A stretch of DNA of 32,000 nt from Thermoproteus tenax Kra 1 (lineage in GTDB: Archaea > Thermoproteota > Thermoprotei > Thermoproteales > Thermoproteaceae), in NCBI RefSeq assembly GCF_000253055.1, contig NC_016070.1:1809543-1841542 (forward strand), in the 5' to 3' direction. Position numbers and translations under genes: made by a program. Positions 18,238 through 26,260 of the stretch are shown in pieces. The notes beneath the pieces are model-generated. The model saw only the letters and a list, made by a program, of their open reading frames with translations. It did no database searches and had not been told where the DNA came from. Every line of letters starts with the position of its first letter. Position 1 is the stretch's first letter.

Positions 18238-18981
18238 GTGTATTTGGGAAAAGGAGCGGCGAGCATCATACTTCAGGCGCTACATGGGGCAAGGGAAAGA
18301 ATAGTTCTATCGTCGCCTTGGATCGGCAAACGCTACGTTGAGCTATTAGTGGAAAAGGCGCTGTCAGGCGTGTCGGTGACCGTCATAACGATGGACTTAT
18401 CTGACAACGACGGAAGACTCCTCGCCAACGCCGCCGATACTTACGGCGAAGAGGAGGTCTCTAAGAGGAGCAGAGAAGTGGCCCGACTGAGAGCTGAATT
18501 GAGGCGCGCAAGGACGGCTGTAGTCAGAGACCTTGCGCTCGCTCTTTTCGCTTCATCTATTTTTATTTTATTAACAAAGATATATAATTCATATTTTTTT
18601 ATTGGCTCTATATTATTTATCATTATTGGAATTATTATGATATTTATAAGGCGGAGGGCCGTGTCGGACGTTAGGGCGAGACTGGAGGAGGCCGAGGCCG
18701 AGTTGGAGAGGGCCGTTGCAAACACCGAGGTGCTTCGTGAGAAGCTGAGGCGCAACTTAAGGGCGATCGTGGTGCCGCTTAATCGGGGGTTCATCCACGC
18801 CAAGGTCTACATAGTTGATAACAAGGCGTGGGCATCGTCAGCAAATCTGACCGACAGCGGGCTATATAACAACGTCGAGTTCGTGATAGAGGTTGATCCA
18901 AAGGTCGCTGAGGACGCCCTGAGGAGGCTGTTGGCCGAGCTAATCGGCCAGTCTGATGAAGATGCCGGGATAATCAACTGA
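18238..18981 (+). CDS. PLD-superfamily (single HKD) protein interrupted by a coiled-coil / 2-TM insertion
   Basis: HKD motif FIHAKVYIVDNKAWASSANLTDSG in the C-terminal part. The N-terminal part has PLD-like strands (ERIVLSSPWIGKRYVELL). About 110 aa between them contain charged helices and two TM helices encoded by an AT-rich patch (about 18545-18650). Confidence 0.7.
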   Translation: MYLGKGAASIILQALHGARERIVLSSPWIGKRYVELLVEKALSGVSVTVITMDLSDNDGRLLANAADTYGEEEVSKRSREVARLRAELRRARTAVVRDLALALFASSIFILLTKIYNSYFFIGSILFIIIGIIMIFIRRRAVSDVRARLEEAEAELERAVANTEVLREKLRRNLRAIVVPLNRGFIHAKVYIVDNKAWASSANLTDSGLYNNVEFVIEVDPKVAEDALRRLLAELIGQSDEDAGIIN

Positions 18982-20193
18982 CATCTTGCCAGCTGAGACC
19001 AAGATGGTCTTGTGCCTTGACGCCAACTCTCTGAACAGCCTCTTTGTCTCACCGGTTTCTGCGAGCTCGAAGTCGCTCAGGACTATAACGACGGACTTGC
19101 GCCTGGCTTTAGAGAGCACGTACCGCAGCGCCTCGTCTGGTATCGTCCCCCCTCCCCCTCTCAGCCCCCTCCTCACTTTCTCCACGTCTGCCTCCCTCTT
19201 TAGCTCGATGGGCTCGTACGCTCTGACGTCCCACGGAACCAGCGTGATCTTTGTAGCGCCCGCCCTCAATACTCCGTATACCTCGGACATAAACCTTCTG
19301 AGCTTCTCGTCGTCGATCGACGCAGAGGTGTCTATCAAGATATATACATCGATGGGATTTGAACCCAAGCCGATCTTGGAGGGATACCATTCGCTCTTCC
19401 TTGAGGGCCTTGACCACCGCTTTCTCACATCCCGAAGGTTGGCGAGCGCCTCCTCCAACTCCGCCTTCAATAGCTTTCTCCAATCGAGGGTGGGCCTCTC
19501 CAGCTGGCCCACGATCCTCAACTGGCCTCCGGGCGAGGTGCCGGGATCCTTGTACGTCTGAAGCCTTCTAATGCCGCGCTCCAAGGCCCTTCTCACAGAG
19601 CCGGCGTCCTTCGCCCTCCGCACCTCCTCGGATCCTTGATTTATTAGACGGTAATCGGAGACCTCCTTGTCTCCTTCGGCTAGCCGCGATGACTGTTTGT
19701 ACAGCCGAAATAGTTGCCTCCTGGACAGTTGCGAGAGCTTGGACGCTAGCTCTTCGGCGGACATCTTCAGTGCCGCAACCCTTGAGACGCCCACGTGGCC
19801 CGCCCTCAACATATCCCAGGGCACCTCGAAGCCGCTTGCCTCAAGCCTCTCGTTTATGACCACGTCCGCTGCTACGTTGAAGGAGTAGGCTTCCTCGATC
19901 TTTCCCATCTTCATCAGATCCTTGGCCCTCTCCAAGTGGCCAAGATACGCGTGGAGAACCTCGTGCATAAGGATGGCCGCTCTGTGTTCTGTGGACAGGG
20001 ACTGTGAGAAGAACCTATCGCCGACCAAGATTGTGTTGCCGGTGAACATCGCATAGGCGTTCTTCGGGACATCCTTGGAATAGCCTATGGGAAACGACAT
20101 GACTAAGAAGTAGTACGTGGGGTCCCTCATCATTAGGTACTCCTTGACCTTCTGGAACTCGTTTAAAACGCGTTGGTCGTCCATCAGCTCCAC
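18940..20193 (-). CDS. Metallopeptidase-like (HExxH) plus VWA domain protein (COG3864/DUF2201-like)
   Basis: MHEVLHAYLGH zinc-binding motif in the N-terminal half. MIDAS motif ILIDTSASID in the C-terminal VWA half. It lies downstream of a MoxR-type ATPase. Confidence 0.75.
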   Translation of the reverse strand: MELMDDQRVLNEFQKVKEYLMMRDPTYYFLVMSFPIGYSKDVPKNAYAMFTGNTILVGDRFFSQSLSTEHRAAILMHEVLHAYLGHLERAKDLMKMGKIEEAYSFNVAADVVINERLEASGFEVPWDMLRAGHVGVSRVAALKMSAEELASKLSQLSRRQLFRLYKQSSRLAEGDKEVSDYRLINQGSEEVRRAKDAGSVRRALERGIRRLQTYKDPGTSPGGQLRIVGQLERPTLDWRKLLKAELEEALANLRDVRKRWSRPSRKSEWYPSKIGLGSNPIDVYILIDTSASIDDEKLRRFMSEVYGVLRAGATKITLVPWDVRAYEPIELKREADVEKVRRGLRGGGGTIPDEALRYVLSKARRKSVVIVLSDFELAETGETKRLFRELASRHKTILVSAGKMSVDYPGIFIRLAD

Positions 20194-20423
20194 AGAGCCG
20201 ACGCAACTTTTCTGACCTTCAGCGGCAGCTGCGCCACAAACTCCTCGAGCACGTCGCGCCGCATGCCCACCCTCTCCTTGAAGAGTCTCACGGCCGTCGA
20301 GAGTATATATGCATAGAACTCCCGCTCCTCTTCAGCCAATTTTTCCAGTAGCCCCAAGTCTATCGATCTCCCCGACAAATACCTATCTACTAGCGCCTTA
20401 GCGTAAAGAGAGGCGGCTATCAA
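20184..20423 (-). CDS. Small helical hypothetical protein within the MoxR/VWA operon
   Basis: 79-aa ORF that starts 8 nt after the ATPase stop and overlaps the VWA gene start by 10 nt. Confidence 0.45.
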   Translation of the reverse strand: MIAASLYAKALVDRYLSGRSIDLGLLEKLAEEEREFYAYILSTAVRLFKERVGMRRDVLEEFVAQLPLKVRKVASALWS

Positions 20424-20430
20424 CTTCTGC

Positions 20431-21348
20431 TCAAGATCGAACTTTTTCCAATGCTCTAGCGGTCTTTCGAAAAAAGTCTTTGGGCACCTTCGACATATAG
20501 AAATTTAAGAACTTGGAGCCCACAGACCTCCCCACGTTGCCGTATATTATTTCGGCAACGGTGTCCTCATCCGCGTTACCGCCGATTATGTGTAGCTGAA
20601 GGGCCAGGCGGGTCCAAGATCTGGGCGTCGGGTAGGGCTCCAGCCCCTCGGGCTCTTTTGGCACCTCGAAAAGGAACGAGGGGCCCTCTCTCAAGAACTC
20701 GCAGACGGCCCTCTCCCACGCGCTCCCATATCTATTGTCCATGTATGTGCACCATTCGTCGACTGTGGGAGGTTCAACGTTGAGCACGGTGAGCCTATTG
20801 AGGAGGGGGGCCGGCAGAGGCTCGGCGTCGGCGCTCATAGAGGGCGGGTTTCCCGCGAGTACTATTATCACATCCGGCGAGATGCGCCAGCTCCACCCAG
20901 CCTTGCCCTCCTGCACGAGACTATAGAAGAATACTCTCTGGTCAGCTCTCTTTACATTGGTCATCTCGTCGATGAAGAACAAGCCTCTGCACTTAGATAG
21001 TATCATCAGCCTCACAGGCGTCAAGAAGTCTACGACGTCACCTGAGGTCAACGGCTTCGGTATCGATACGTCCTCGGGGAATATGTGGGGAGCCGCCACT
21101 CTGAAGTACACAAAGTAGTCTCTACAGTTGTCTACAAGCTTGCGGGCGGTTTCGTTGTCGACTATATCCAGATCGACGAATATCCTGCCCTCCTTCCTCG
21201 CGAGCTCCCTCGCGTACTGTTCAGTCACCTCGGTTTTCCCGATGCCGGGCCCTCCCAACAATAGGGTTCTGTTGAGGGTCTCTGGAGGAAGATTAAGTAT
21301 CTGAGTGATTCTGACCACATGGCATACCTCTTTCCAATATAAAACCAT
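20431..21348 (-). CDS. MoxR/AAA_5-type AAA+ ATPase
   Basis: Walker A GGPGIGKTE, Walker B LFFIDEMTN, sensor-1 region VLAGNP, and the PLLNRL arginine motif. Confidence 0.8.
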   Translation of the reverse strand: MVLYWKEVCHVVRITQILNLPPETLNRTLLLGGPGIGKTEVTEQYARELARKEGRIFVDLDIVDNETARKLVDNCRDYFVYFRVAAPHIFPEDVSIPKPLTSGDVVDFLTPVRLMILSKCRGLFFIDEMTNVKRADQRVFFYSLVQEGKAGWSWRISPDVIIVLAGNPPSMSADAEPLPAPLLNRLTVLNVEPPTVDEWCTYMDNRYGSAWERAVCEFLREGPSFLFEVPKEPEGLEPYPTPRSWTRLALQLHIIGGNADEDTVAEIIYGNVGRSVGSKFLNFYMSKVPKDFFRKTARALEKVRS

Positions 21349-21372
21349 TTGGAGACGATATAGCTAGCGAGG

Positions 21373-22125
21373 CTAGGAGAACAACAATTTGTAGAGCGCC
21401 AGGCACTCCTTATACGTGAGCCCCTCACAAGCCTTACCGGGCTTGCAGAACTCAGCCAAGTTGTTTACAAAAGCTACGGCGTCCTCTAGACGTCTAAAGA
21501 AGGCCGATGCATAGATGGCGCCGCTGAAGGCCCTCTTTATTATCGTTGCGCCTAAATCCTCAAGTATCTTCGGAGCCGCCATTATCACTGGGCAACCTCC
21601 TCTGATGGAGAGCCCTATATCGAAGCCGCCCTCGCATATATAGAGGTCCATGTCTCTGTTGTTGCTCACTATATACGCATAGATACATGCGCCTCTGAGG
21701 TCGACGTCTATGAACTTGGGCTCGATGAACTTGTAAACTACGTCTAAGAGCGCCGGGGCCTTGCGGTTCGCGCACTCGAGCGCCGACATGAAGTTCTCGA
21801 GCCCCTTAGTCGAGAAGGTCGAGTTGCCGTATCTGAGGACCACAGAGGCTCCGTGGACGCTTATGTGGCTGAGCCTTCTTCCCCCTATGTTGCAGTAGAC
21901 CGATCTCAACGAAGTTAAGCGCCACGTTGAAAGCCACGAGACGACGAAGGCCAGCGCCAGCGCCGTGGCTGCGACGTGGAGGCCTCTGATCCACAGAAAG
22001 GCGGACAGAAATAGGAATACGAGGAAGCCCCCACGCTCGAGGAAGAAGCGGTAGTAGCCAAGAAATAGCAACACCAATATTCCGTCTTCCAGATTAAAAT
22101 TTCTTTTTCGAATGAAGTTCTGCAT
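21373..22125 (-). CDS. Membrane-anchored hypothetical protein (first gene of the MoxR/VWA operon)
   Basis: N-terminal hydrophobic helices (ILVLLFLGYY; FLVFLFLSAFLWI; AATALALAFVVSWL), then a Cys-containing soluble domain. There is a 24-nt gap to the ATPase gene. Confidence 0.5.
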   Translation of the reverse strand: MQNFIRKRNFNLEDGILVLLFLGYYRFFLERGGFLVFLFLSAFLWIRGLHVAATALALAFVVSWLSTWRLTSLRSVYCNIGGRRLSHISVHGASVVLRYGNSTFSTKGLENFMSALECANRKAPALLDVVYKFIEPKFIDVDLRGACIYAYIVSNNRDMDLYICEGGFDIGLSIRGGCPVIMAAPKILEDLGATIIKRAFSGAIYASAFFRRLEDAVAFVNNLAEFCKPGKACEGLTYKECLALYKLLFS

Positions 22126-22473
22126 TTGGCGCAGAGCCGTTGAACACCTAGCCGAAAACTACCCAATTTGCGAGAGGCTTGTTCCATTTTGGATCGGCCA
22201 TCGGAAATGCCTCTAGGGGCTTTCTCCTCGCCTTAAGGGGCATCCACGATGCCTCAGCCGAGGAGTCTTGGGTTGTGACCCCCTCCTCGCCCTGATGGGT
22301 GAGGCTTTCTATTGTAACAGCGTAGTCCCCTCTTGATGTCTACGATGGCTACGGCGTCGCGCCCTCTTCCGACCACAGTGAAGGAAGGCGAGAGGGCTCT
22401 GGGCAGATCTGCCGCGGGCCTGAACGCCTCTACAGATCGGAAGAGTTAAATCCCAGGCGAGTATTTCTAGCGC

Positions 22474-23136
22474 GTGTCCCATAAAGTCATCACGGCCAGC
22501 GGCTCATTGGTGGGCGCCGTCGCGAAGAGCCGTAGGCTAGACCATCTTGCGATAGGCTATCTGGTCGCTCTGGCTGTATACGATATATTAGCCGACGTAT
22601 TTGCGCCTTATCTGCCACCCGAAGCCCTCGTCTATCTCTTCATCATAATAGAGGCCGCGTTTTTGATGGGCTTGCGGTGGATACAGCCCAGGTTCTCGAG
22701 GAGGGGGCTCTACGATGGACTCTTCTGGTTTGTTCTGTGGTTCGTGGCCCTTATGTACATTTCAGCTCTAATACCCTCGGGAGATGTCGTTTCCGATATA
22801 AAGTCGTTATACTACGAGGGTCTGTTGCCCTTAATGATAGTGGCGTATCTATTGATCGAGCCGGTGGTCTCGGAGCTCTACTTCCGTGCCGTGATTTTCC
22901 AGAGACTCGTGGGGCGGAGCCGGCCGGCCGCATACCTTGCATCATCGCTCCTCTGGTCGTTTCTGCTCACAGCGCCGGAGGACTTGGGCGGTCTCGCCAC
23001 AGCTCTTGTTATGTCGTTGTTGGGCATCATATTGGCGTATGCCTACGAGAGGGGAGGGTTTACCTCTTCGCTCATAATTCACGCCATATTCTCAGCTTTA
23101 TACACTGTGAACCTCGTGATTATAGCCTTAGGATAA
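22474..23136 (+). CDS. CPBP-family intramembrane metalloprotease (CAAX protease-like)
   Basis: Polytopic membrane protein with SELYFRAVIF (E-x3-R motif) and C-terminal HAIFSALY (H-x3 motif). The GTG start has a TATA box at 22444-22452. Confidence 0.55.
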   Translation: MSHKVITASGSLVGAVAKSRRLDHLAIGYLVALAVYDILADVFAPYLPPEALVYLFIIIEAAFLMGLRWIQPRFSRRGLYDGLFWFVLWFVALMYISALIPSGDVVSDIKSLYYEGLLPLMIVAYLLIEPVVSELYFRAVIFQRLVGRSRPAAYLASSLLWSFLLTAPEDLGGLATALVMSLLGIILAYAYERGGFTSSLIIHAIFSALYTVNLVIIALG

Positions 23137-23218
23137 CGTTTTGCTCGCCCCTTTGCGTCTCCCGGTCCCCTCTGGGGCTCCGCGTCTGTCCAACTCGTTA
23201 AGGCGCCACTAATGGGAG

Positions 23219-23746
23219 CTAGCCTACTTCAACGATTCCTCTCGGCGCTGTGGAGCTACAGACGGCTTTAGCCATATCGCGGGGGTCGGAGAAATAGCGC
23301 ACTGAGGAGCTACGCCTCTCATCTATGTAATCGGAGAAGGCCTTCGGCAAATTGTCTGTGGCCAGACCTGTTCCTGTTAACACAAAGACAGGCTTCCCCA
23401 TAGCGTAGCCCATTAAGATCTCGATGATTGTACCAGCCGCTCCGCCGAACGCGACGACGACGTCGGAGGATCTGACTAACATGACGCTCCTACAACGGTA
23501 TTCGCAACCGGTCCTCACACCGATGGCCTCCTCGGGCAACTCGACATCCTCTCGCTCTATTGGGAGAAAGACCACCACGGGGAGGGCTCTCTTTAACGCC
23601 TCATCAACCACATGCCTCATGAGGCCCCAGTAGCCTCCGACCATTACGACGGGTCTCGCGCACCTCGTAAGCTCATCGAAAAACTCGGCTATCTTCTCTG
23701 CCACCTCGGCTGAATCTGTGCTGTGCGCTGCTACGGCCAACTTCAT
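23219..23746 (-). CDS. LOG/TIGR00725-like Rossmann-fold nucleotide-binding protein
   Basis: GGYWGLM and FGGAAGTIIE motifs, 175 aa, 4-nt overlap with moaB. Confidence 0.65.
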   Translation of the reverse strand: MKLAVAAHSTDSAEVAEKIAEFFDELTRCARPVVMVGGYWGLMRHVVDEALKRALPVVVFLPIEREDVELPEEAIGVRTGCEYRCRSVMLVRSSDVVVAFGGAAGTIIEILMGYAMGKPVFVLTGTGLATDNLPKAFSDYIDERRSSSVRYFSDPRDMAKAVCSSTAPRGIVEVG

Positions 23747-24267
23747 AGGCGCGCCAAATACAATATGTGCGGGACCTCAGGCAGGATGATTCTCAGCCCA
23801 ACCTCAACGGCGTTAGGCGAGCCGGGCAGCGCCACTACCAACTTACCGTTTATGATGCCGGCGAGCGCCCTCGACATTATTGCGGCGGTTCCCACCTCCC
23901 TATAGCTCTCCAAACGAAAAATATCGCCAAAACCATCTATTTCTTTGTCCAATAGGGGCCTCACGGCCTCCACAGTGACGTCGCTCCTCGCTATGCCTGT
24001 GCCGCCTGTGAACACCACGGCGTCTACGTCGTCCCTCTTCAACAGATCCATCAGGACGCTCCTTATCATAACTACGTCGTCTTTAATCAGACTCCTCCCA
24101 GCGACTCTGTGCCCGGCGGCCTCTATCATGCGGACGGCCACATCGCCTGACTCATCGGTGTAGCTATGGCCAGACTTGGCCGCCTCAAATCTAGACGTGC
24201 TCACTGTGACAACCCAGAAGGAGGCCCTCTGAGGGCCCTTGGCCTTGTGCTCCTCGTGCGGCCTCAT
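23743..24267 (-). CDS. moaB: Molybdenum cofactor biosynthesis protein MoaB/MogA family
   Basis: FTGGTGIARSDVT motif and C-terminal ALPGSP, 174 aa. Confidence 0.85.
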   Translation of the reverse strand: MRPHEEHKAKGPQRASFWVVTVSTSRFEAAKSGHSYTDESGDVAVRMIEAAGHRVAGRSLIKDDVVMIRSVLMDLLKRDDVDAVVFTGGTGIARSDVTVEAVRPLLDKEIDGFGDIFRLESYREVGTAAIMSRALAGIINGKLVVALPGSPNAVEVGLRIILPEVPHILYLARL

Positions 24268-24289
24268 GGGCGCTCAGACGGTGAGCCTT

Positions 24290-25162
24290 TTAAGAATTAG
24301 CCGGCTGGAGGACGATCTCTCTGCTTTTGCCGACGATTAGATCGATATATATCTCCGCCGCGTTGATTAAGTAGTCGATTATTCTATCCGCATGCAACAT
24401 CGTGAGCTCATCCTCAGCGTACTGTCTGAGCACAAAGCGCATTTTGTTCAAAGAATCTATTAAGTCGAAGACTGCCGCCAGATCGCCAGTCGAGGACTTA
24501 CGAGAGAACTCATCTACGGCGCCTTTGAGGGCTCCGACGAGCTCCCTCTTTGGCTCCAAGGCCGCCAACTCGACCAAATGGTCGGCCGCTCTCTCTATAT
24601 AGCGGGCCAGCTGGACGTGTCTGACGCACGAACCTGTGGGATATTTGTAGCAGAGTCTCTCTATCATGTGCCTATATCTGTCTACCTCGTCGTCCACGCT
24701 TTCCATGAGGGCAGGATCGGCCTTGGGCGCAGTCATGACGTGGTCCATCATAAAGGACAGTGTTGAGATCATCCTTGCTATGAGCTTCTCTCTATCTATC
24801 TTGACGTCTTCAACTCTGAATACTATGTAGTCGGGCCCCTCCTCCACAGGTAGCATATAGAGCCCTCTGGCCGACGACATTATCTTATGTCTAAACTGCA
24901 AATCCATGCCCTTTACCTCGAGCTTCACCTCGTCGTACCCGGTCACGAGCGCGGCTACGAGCAATTTAACCACTGTATCTTGCCTAGGCTCAGACACCTT
25001 GATGGCCACGGCCCTCATATGTGCCGGCTTGATGGCCACTACGTCCTCCTCCCATATCACGCTAACTTCGCTCCTCTCGTTGACTGAGTTCCTCTCGCAC
25101 CAAGGCTTGGGGAGAAAGACTGCGTAGGACTCCCTTATTTTGAATATCTTCCTAGTCTCCAC
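24290..25162 (-). CDS. AbrB/SpoVT-like N-terminal domain plus PhoU-like helical domain regulator
   Basis: The N-terminus (IFKIRESYAVFLPKPWCE...VSVIWEEDVVAIKP) resembles the AbrB swapped-hairpin. The rest is helical repeats with D/E-x-x-D pairs, as in PhoU. Confidence 0.55.
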   Translation of the reverse strand: METRKIFKIRESYAVFLPKPWCERNSVNERSEVSVIWEEDVVAIKPAHMRAVAIKVSEPRQDTVVKLLVAALVTGYDEVKLEVKGMDLQFRHKIMSSARGLYMLPVEEGPDYIVFRVEDVKIDREKLIARMISTLSFMMDHVMTAPKADPALMESVDDEVDRYRHMIERLCYKYPTGSCVRHVQLARYIERAADHLVELAALEPKRELVGALKGAVDEFSRKSSTGDLAAVFDLIDSLNKMRFVLRQYAEDELTMLHADRIIDYLINAAEIYIDLIVGKSREIVLQPANS

Positions 25163-25191
25163 AAGCTTGTTTAAATTAACTTAATATAGTT

Positions 25192-25566
25192 TTAACTTCG
25201 ATTGGTGAGGGCGTTTATGAGCATTCTGAGGGCCAAGTGCGTTCTCTCAACGCTTTTCTCAATGGACGCAATAACCTCTAGCTCGAGCGGCGTTTTTGCC
25301 GCGTTTCTCAATGAGCGTATCATGCTTAAATGGGCCTCATAGTGTTTACACATCTCGTTGAGCCTCTCAACTACGTCGGTCTCCTCGCGGGGGCCCTCAA
25401 TGGGCGGCAGATCTTTGACGTTCAATATCTCGAGGAGGCGGAGCCTCAAATAGGTCTCGCGAATTGCGCTGTCAATAAATTCCGATAGATATTCGTCCTT
25501 TATGGAGCCCCTTAGCCTGAGCAGCTCCGATATGTGATCCATCTCATCCCTAATTATCTGCTCCAT
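25192..25566 (-). CDS. Hypothetical helical protein (internal start preferred)
   Basis: The listed ORF start at 25746 would overlap the divergent CBS gene by ~100 nt. The ATG at 25566 has an AT-rich box (25584-25594) ~23 nt upstream. Confidence 0.45.
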   Translation of the reverse strand: MEQIIRDEMDHISELLRLRGSIKDEYLSEFIDSAIRETYLRLRLLEILNVKDLPPIEGPREETDVVERLNEMCKHYEAHLSMIRSLRNAAKTPLELEVIASIEKSVERTHLALRMLINALTNRS

Positions 25567-25651
25567 AGCTATCCTGAGTTGCACATTAAAATTGTTTTGC
25601 AATGTTCTATAATTACTAAAAAAAGATAAAAGTCTCCTCTCACTATTGGGT

Positions 25652-26080
25652 ATGTCGGTCGCCCAGTTCGCTTCTACGGACGTGGTAAAAACTACGCCCA
25701 ACTTGTCCATACGCGATGCCGCGAAGTTGATGAGGAAGCATAACATAGGCCTCCTCGTGTTGGTGGATCACAGCGATCCCTATAAGGTCGTCGGCGTAGT
25801 CTCGGAGAGGGACATTGTCCACGCTATAGCAGAGGGGATTGACCCAGAGAGGCCCGTCGAGGCGATTGCCACGAAAAGCGTGATCACCGTGGAGGCGGAG
25901 GACCCACTGAGCAAGGCGGCCGAGTTGATGAGGAGACACAACATAAGGCATCTGGTGGTAGTTAAAGACGGCAGACTATACGGCGTGTTGTCGATAAAGG
26001 ACTTAGTCTACGAGGAGAATGCGCTTAAGGCTATATCGGGCTACGAGGAGTGGACTTTCGAGAGAGGGATGAGTGCGTGA
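25652..26080 (+). CDS. CBS-pair domain protein
   Basis: Two CBS motifs (HNIGLLVLVD...VVGVVSERDIV; HNIRHLVVVKDGRLYGVLSIKDLV). The ATG at 25652 has a TATA box at 25615-25632. Confidence 0.8.
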   Translation: MSVAQFASTDVVKTTPNLSIRDAAKLMRKHNIGLLVLVDHSDPYKVVGVVSERDIVHAIAEGIDPERPVEAIATKSVITVEAEDPLSKAAELMRRHNIRHLVVVKDGRLYGVLSIKDLVYEENALKAISGYEEWTFERGMSA

Positions 26081-26083
26081 AAT

Positions 26084-26260
26084 GCCCCCTTAGCGGCGCC
26101 CGGCCCTCTCCCGGGGGCCGGGGCCCGCCCCGGAGCCGCCTTTCGGCAACCCCAGGGCGAGGGGGACGCGACCGTGCCCCGGCGCACGGGCGCGACGTTC
26201 GGCCGCGTCCCCAGAGCCGGGAATGTGGTTCATGCGAGAGGAAAACTTACGAGGTTAAAA
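26084..26260 (-). ncRNA. Candidate TnpB guide-scaffold RNA (omega/reRNA) and right end of the IS element
   Basis: A very GC-rich, stem-dense stretch lies immediately 3' of, and overlapping, the tnpB stop codon (26247-26249). Stems visible by eye are:
- 26162-26170 with 26204-26212 (9 bp);
- 26172-26177 with 26184-26189 (6 bp);
- 26101-26106 with 26115-26120 (6 bp);
- 26246-26250 with 26261-26265 (5 bp).
It has no credible ORF. Boundaries are approximate. Confidence 0.5.

Noticed and set aside
19345-19420. A tRNA-like T-arm on the minus strand (GGGTTCAAATCCC).
   Set aside because: It lies inside the well-supported VWA-metallopeptidase CDS. Only a 4-bp T-stem can form, and no acceptor, D or anticodon arms could be built around it.
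25567-25746. The upstream 60 codons of ORF 25192..25746 (minus).
   Set aside because: They would overlap the divergent CBS gene by about 100 nt and cover both TATA boxes of the intergenic region. The internal ATG at 25566 fits the promoter spacing.
186-25951. Numerous antisense or overlapping ORFs in the track, for example 186..434, 2518..3075, 8961..9356, 12299..12730, 13048..13605, 18986..19561 and 25643..25951.
   Set aside because: They are shadow ORFs opposite strongly supported genes in a GC-rich genome. They have skewed Ser/Arg/Pro/Ala composition and no motifs.
26084-26260. The GC-rich block as a housekeeping RNA (SRP RNA or a minimal RNase P RNA).
   Set aside because: It is too short for SRP RNA (about 300 nt expected). 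I could not find the conserved RNase P CR-I/CR-IV/CR-V elements; GAGAGGAAAACTTAC is only a loose resemblance to GAGGAAAGUCC. Its position overlapping the tnpB 3' end favours a transposon-associated RNA. A covariance-model scan would settle it.
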